Below are positions 23,246-25,559 of a stretch of 25,559 bases of DNA, piece by piece. The notes beneath the pieces were generated by a model. It was given only the letters and a program-made list of their open reading frames with translations, was not told where the DNA came from and made no database searches. A program made the position numbers and the translations under genes. Numbering within the stretch: position 1 is the stretch's first letter; each line of letters starts with the position of its first letter. The stretch is from Propionibacterium ruminifibrarum (lineage in GTDB: Bacteria > Actinomycetota > Actinomycetes > Propionibacteriales > Propionibacteriaceae): NCBI RefSeq assembly GCF_900289195.1, contig NZ_OMOH01000005.1, positions 265,930-291,488 on the forward strand, written 5' to 3'.

Positions 23246-24334
23246 ATGAGCAGGATTCTGGCCTCTCCCGGCAGCTACATCCAGGGTCCCGGCGAGATGG
23301 CCCATCTCGCCGAGTACTGCCGGCACATCGGCGCCACGAGCGCCTACCTCATCGTCGGCCCCTTCGTGAACACCACGTACAACACCCGGATCACCGCCTC
23401 CTTCGAGCCGGCCGGCATGTCCTGCACCCTCGCGGTGTTCGGCGGGGAGTGCTCGCGGGAGGAGTTCGCCCGCCACGCCGAACCGGTCCGCCAGTGTGAT
23501 GTCGTCGTCGGCATCGGCGGCGGCAAGACGCTGGACACCGCGAAGGCCGTGGCCCACTACGCGGGTCTTCCCGTCATCATCGCGCCGACGACGGCGTCCA
23601 CCGACGCCCCCTGCTCTCGTCTCAGCGTGGTCTACACCCCGGGCGGGGCGTTCGAGTCCTACCTGTTCCTGCCCTCCAACCCGGTGATGGTCGTCATGGA
23701 TCTCGACATCATCGTGCAGGCACCGGCTCACTTCCTCGTGGCGGGCATGGGGGACGCCCTCGCCACCTTCTACGAGGCCGACGCCTGCCGCCGGGCCGAT
23801 GCCCGGACGATGGCGGGCGGACGCTCCACCAATGCGGCGCATGCACTCAGCAGGCTGTGTCTGGACACCCTGCTCGACCAGGGCGACGAGGCGCGGATCG
23901 CGGCTGAGCAGGGCGTCATCACCAAGGCCTTCGAGGCCGTGGTGGAGGCCAACACGCTGCTGTCCGGGATCGGTTTCGAGTCCTCCGGGCTGGCTGCCGC
24001 CCACGCCATCCACAACGGACTCACGGTGCTGGAGCAGACCCACCAGCAGCTCCACGGCGAGAAGGTGGCCTTCGGCACCCTCACCCAGCTCATCCTCGAG
24101 AACGCGCCCCGCGAGGAGTTCGAACGGATCGTGCGGTTCTGCCGCACCGTCGGCCTGCCCACCCGTCTGGCGGATCTCGGTCTGGACGGAGTGGGCGACG
24201 ACGACCTCATGACGGTCGCCGAGGCGGCGTGCTCGCCAGCGGACACCATGGCCAACATGCCCTTCGCAGTCAGCCCGTACGACGTGTTCGCGGCTCTCCG
24301 CGCCGTCGATGCGCTCAGCGCCGCCGTGAAGTAG
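23246..24334 (+). CDS. gldA: Glycerol dehydrogenase (iron-containing ADH family III)
   Basis: ORF 23216..24334 trimmed to ATG 23246 (MSRILASPGSYIQG...), which has AGGAGA 6 nt upstream. It is collinear with E. coli GldA (MDRIIQSPGKYIQG...): GIGGGKTLDTAKA, IAPTTASTDAPCS, GMGDALATFYEA, GLAAAHAIHNGLT, HGEKVAFGTLTQLILEN. Confidence 0.93.
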   Translation: MSRILASPGSYIQGPGEMAHLAEYCRHIGATSAYLIVGPFVNTTYNTRITASFEPAGMSCTLAVFGGECSREEFARHAEPVRQCDVVVGIGGGKTLDTAKAVAHYAGLPVIIAPTTASTDAPCSRLSVVYTPGGAFESYLFLPSNPVMVVMDLDIIVQAPAHFLVAGMGDALATFYEADACRRADARTMAGGRSTNAAHALSRLCLDTLLDQGDEARIAAEQGVITKAFEAVVEANTLLSGIGFESSGLAAAHAIHNGLTVLEQTHQQLHGEKVAFGTLTQLILENAPREEFERIVRFCRTVGLPTRLADLGLDGVGDDDLMTVAEAACSPADTMANMPFAVSPYDVFAALRAVDALSAAVK

Positions 24335-24396
24335 GGCGCTGCTCCTCCAGCTCCGGCCCTCTGCCGGGGACGGCCGAGCCCCGGTTGCACCAACGA

Positions 24397-24435
24397 CGAT
24401 GCGGGGCGGTGAGACGATCTCACCGCCCCGCATCG
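24397..24435. terminator. Strong bidirectional hairpin between convergent gldA and sucB
   Basis: CGATGCGGGGCGGTGAGA-cga-TCTCACCGCCCCGCATCG forms an 18-bp perfect GC-rich stem. A second perfect palindrome, CCCTGCTAGCAGGG (24451-24464), abuts the sucB stop. No strong U tract is present, as is common in high-GC actinobacteria. Confidence 0.65.
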
Positions 24436-24467
24436 GGGGTTCACCGCGTGCCCTGCTAGCAGGGGGA

Positions 24468-25559
24468 CTACTGCGCCTGGCCGAACTCCCCGCCGAAGTC
24501 ACCGGCCTCGAGACGAGCCTTGACGGCCGACAGGAAGCGGCTGGCGTCGGCGCCATCGACGAGACGGTGGTCATAGGTGAGCGACAGGTACATCATCGGA
24601 CGGATCGCGATGGTGTCGTTGCCGAAGCCGTCGGTGACGACGACCGGACGCTTGACCATCGCGCCGGTGCCCAGGATCGCCACATTGGGCTGGTTGATGA
24701 TCGGGGTGTCGAACAGGGTGCCGGTGGAGCCGTAGTTCGTGATCGTGAACGTGGCGCCGCTCAGCTCGTCGGGGCCGATCTTGTTGTCGCGGGCGCGGGC
24801 GGCCACGTCCCCGATCTTCTTCGCGATTCCACCGACGTTGAGGTCCCCGGCCCCCCTGATGACGGGCACCAGGAGGCCCCGGGGGGTGTCGACGGCGATG
24901 CCGATGTCCTCCGACTCGTGGTAGGTGATCGTGCCGGCCTCCGAGTCGATGCTGGCATTCACCTTCGGGAAGTCACGCAGCGCCTCGGTGGCTGCTTTCG
25001 TGATGAAGGCCAGGTAGGTCAGGCCCACGCCCTCGCGCTTGCGGAACTCGTCCTTGGCCTTGGCACGCACCCGGGTGACGGCGGACAGGTCGACCTCGAC
25101 GGTTGCGGTGAGCTGAGCCGAGACCTGCAGCGACTCGCGCATGCGGGTGGCGACGATCGAACGCAGCTTCGTCATCTTCTCGGTCGTGCCCTTCTTGGCG
25201 GCCTCGGGGGACGGGGCCTTCTCGGCAGCAGGTGCCGGGGCCGCTGCGGCGGCCTGCTGAGCTGCCGCGGCGGCCTTCTGCGCCTCGATCGCGTCCTCGA
25301 CGTCCTGCTTGCGGATACGGCCGCCGACTCCCGTGCCCGTGACGGTGGCAAGGTCGATGCCGTTGTCGCGGGCGAGCTTGCGGACAAGCGGGGTGACGTA
25401 GCCCTCGAACTCGGGCAGCGTGGCCCGCGGCGCGGCGGGTGCGGGGGTCGTGCCGGCGGCGGGCGCGGCGGCTGCTGGTGCCGGTGCTGGCGGTGCGGGT
25501 GTTTCGGCCGGGGCGGCTGGTGCTGGTGCGGCGGGTGTGGCCGGTGCCGGGGTGGCTTC
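24468..25559 (-). CDS. sucB: Dihydrolipoamide acyl(succinyl)transferase E2 component, C-terminal part (gene runs off the right edge)
   Basis: The track lists only 24468..25175. The same frame stays open to the window edge and reads an Ala/Pro linker, then the peripheral-subunit-binding domain YVTPLVRKLARDNGIDLATVTGTGVGGRIRKQDVEDAI, another Ala-rich linker, then the catalytic domain (MTKLRSIVATRM...LSLTYDHRLVDGADASRFL with the DHR active site). Confidence 0.9.
   Translation of the reverse strand, partial: EATPAPATPAAPAPAAPAETPAPPAPAPAAAAPAAGTTPAPAAPRATLPEFEGYVTPLVRKLARDNGIDLATVTGTGVGGRIRKQDVEDAIEAQKAAAAAQQAAAAAPAPAAEKAPSPEAAKKGTTEKMTKLRSIVATRMRESLQVSAQLTATVEVDLSAVTRVRAKAKDEFRKREGVGLTYLAFITKAATEALRDFPKVNASIDSEAGTITYHESEDIGIAVDTPRGLLVPVIRGAGDLNVGGIAKKIGDVAARARDNKIGPDELSGATFTITNYGSTGTLFDTPIINQPNVAILGTGAMVKRPVVVTDGFGNDTIAIRPMMYLSLTYDHRLVDGADASRFLSAVKARLEAGDFGGEFGQAQ

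Noticed and set aside
25172-25387. 71-aa minus-strand ORF upstream of the E2 catalytic domain.
   Set aside because: It is in the wrong frame (Pro/Arg/Ser-rich). The frame of 24468..25175 continues upstream without a stop and encodes a textbook E3-binding domain, so the E2 gene simply has no in-window start codon.

Overview
High-GC (about 70%) actinobacterial chromosomal segment. The backbone is the nitrogen-assimilation / lipoate neighbourhood known from Mycobacterium and Corynebacterium: glnA2 (284-1618), glnE (6131-9097), glnA1 (12452-13873, minus), a DUF4191 membrane protein (22099-22860) and the E2 acyltransferase sucB/dlaT (24468-25559, partial). Accessory genes interrupt this backbone at four junctions. 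(i) Between glnA2 and glnE: a Zn-ribbon ThrC-like PLP enzyme, an SCP-like protein, a 543-aa protein made of two complete Tdi1-like (GAD-like + DUF1851) immunity-type modules fused in tandem with no toxin gene beside it, and a frameshifted IS3-type integrase relic. (ii) Between glnE and glnA1: a DprE2-like SDR translationally coupled to glnE, a lipoprotein-TetR operon, and a low-GC HTH(excisionase-type)/PIN toxin-antitoxin islet that seems to carry the ghost of a displaced toxin 5' end. (iii) Between glnA1 and DUF4191: a heterodimeric ABC exporter pair, a dense CCTGCGGT repeat/hairpin array, an asparaginase-CE4 deacetylase operon and an ABC-F ATPase. (iv) gldA before sucB. I saw no rRNA, tRNA or CRISPR. 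Many long antisense or off-frame ORFs in the track are GC artefacts. The best candidates for something new are the tandem immunity-like fusion (4037-5668), the TA islet (11051-12451) and the repeat array (17887-18085). All homology statements come from reading the translations by eye and recalling families; no search was run.
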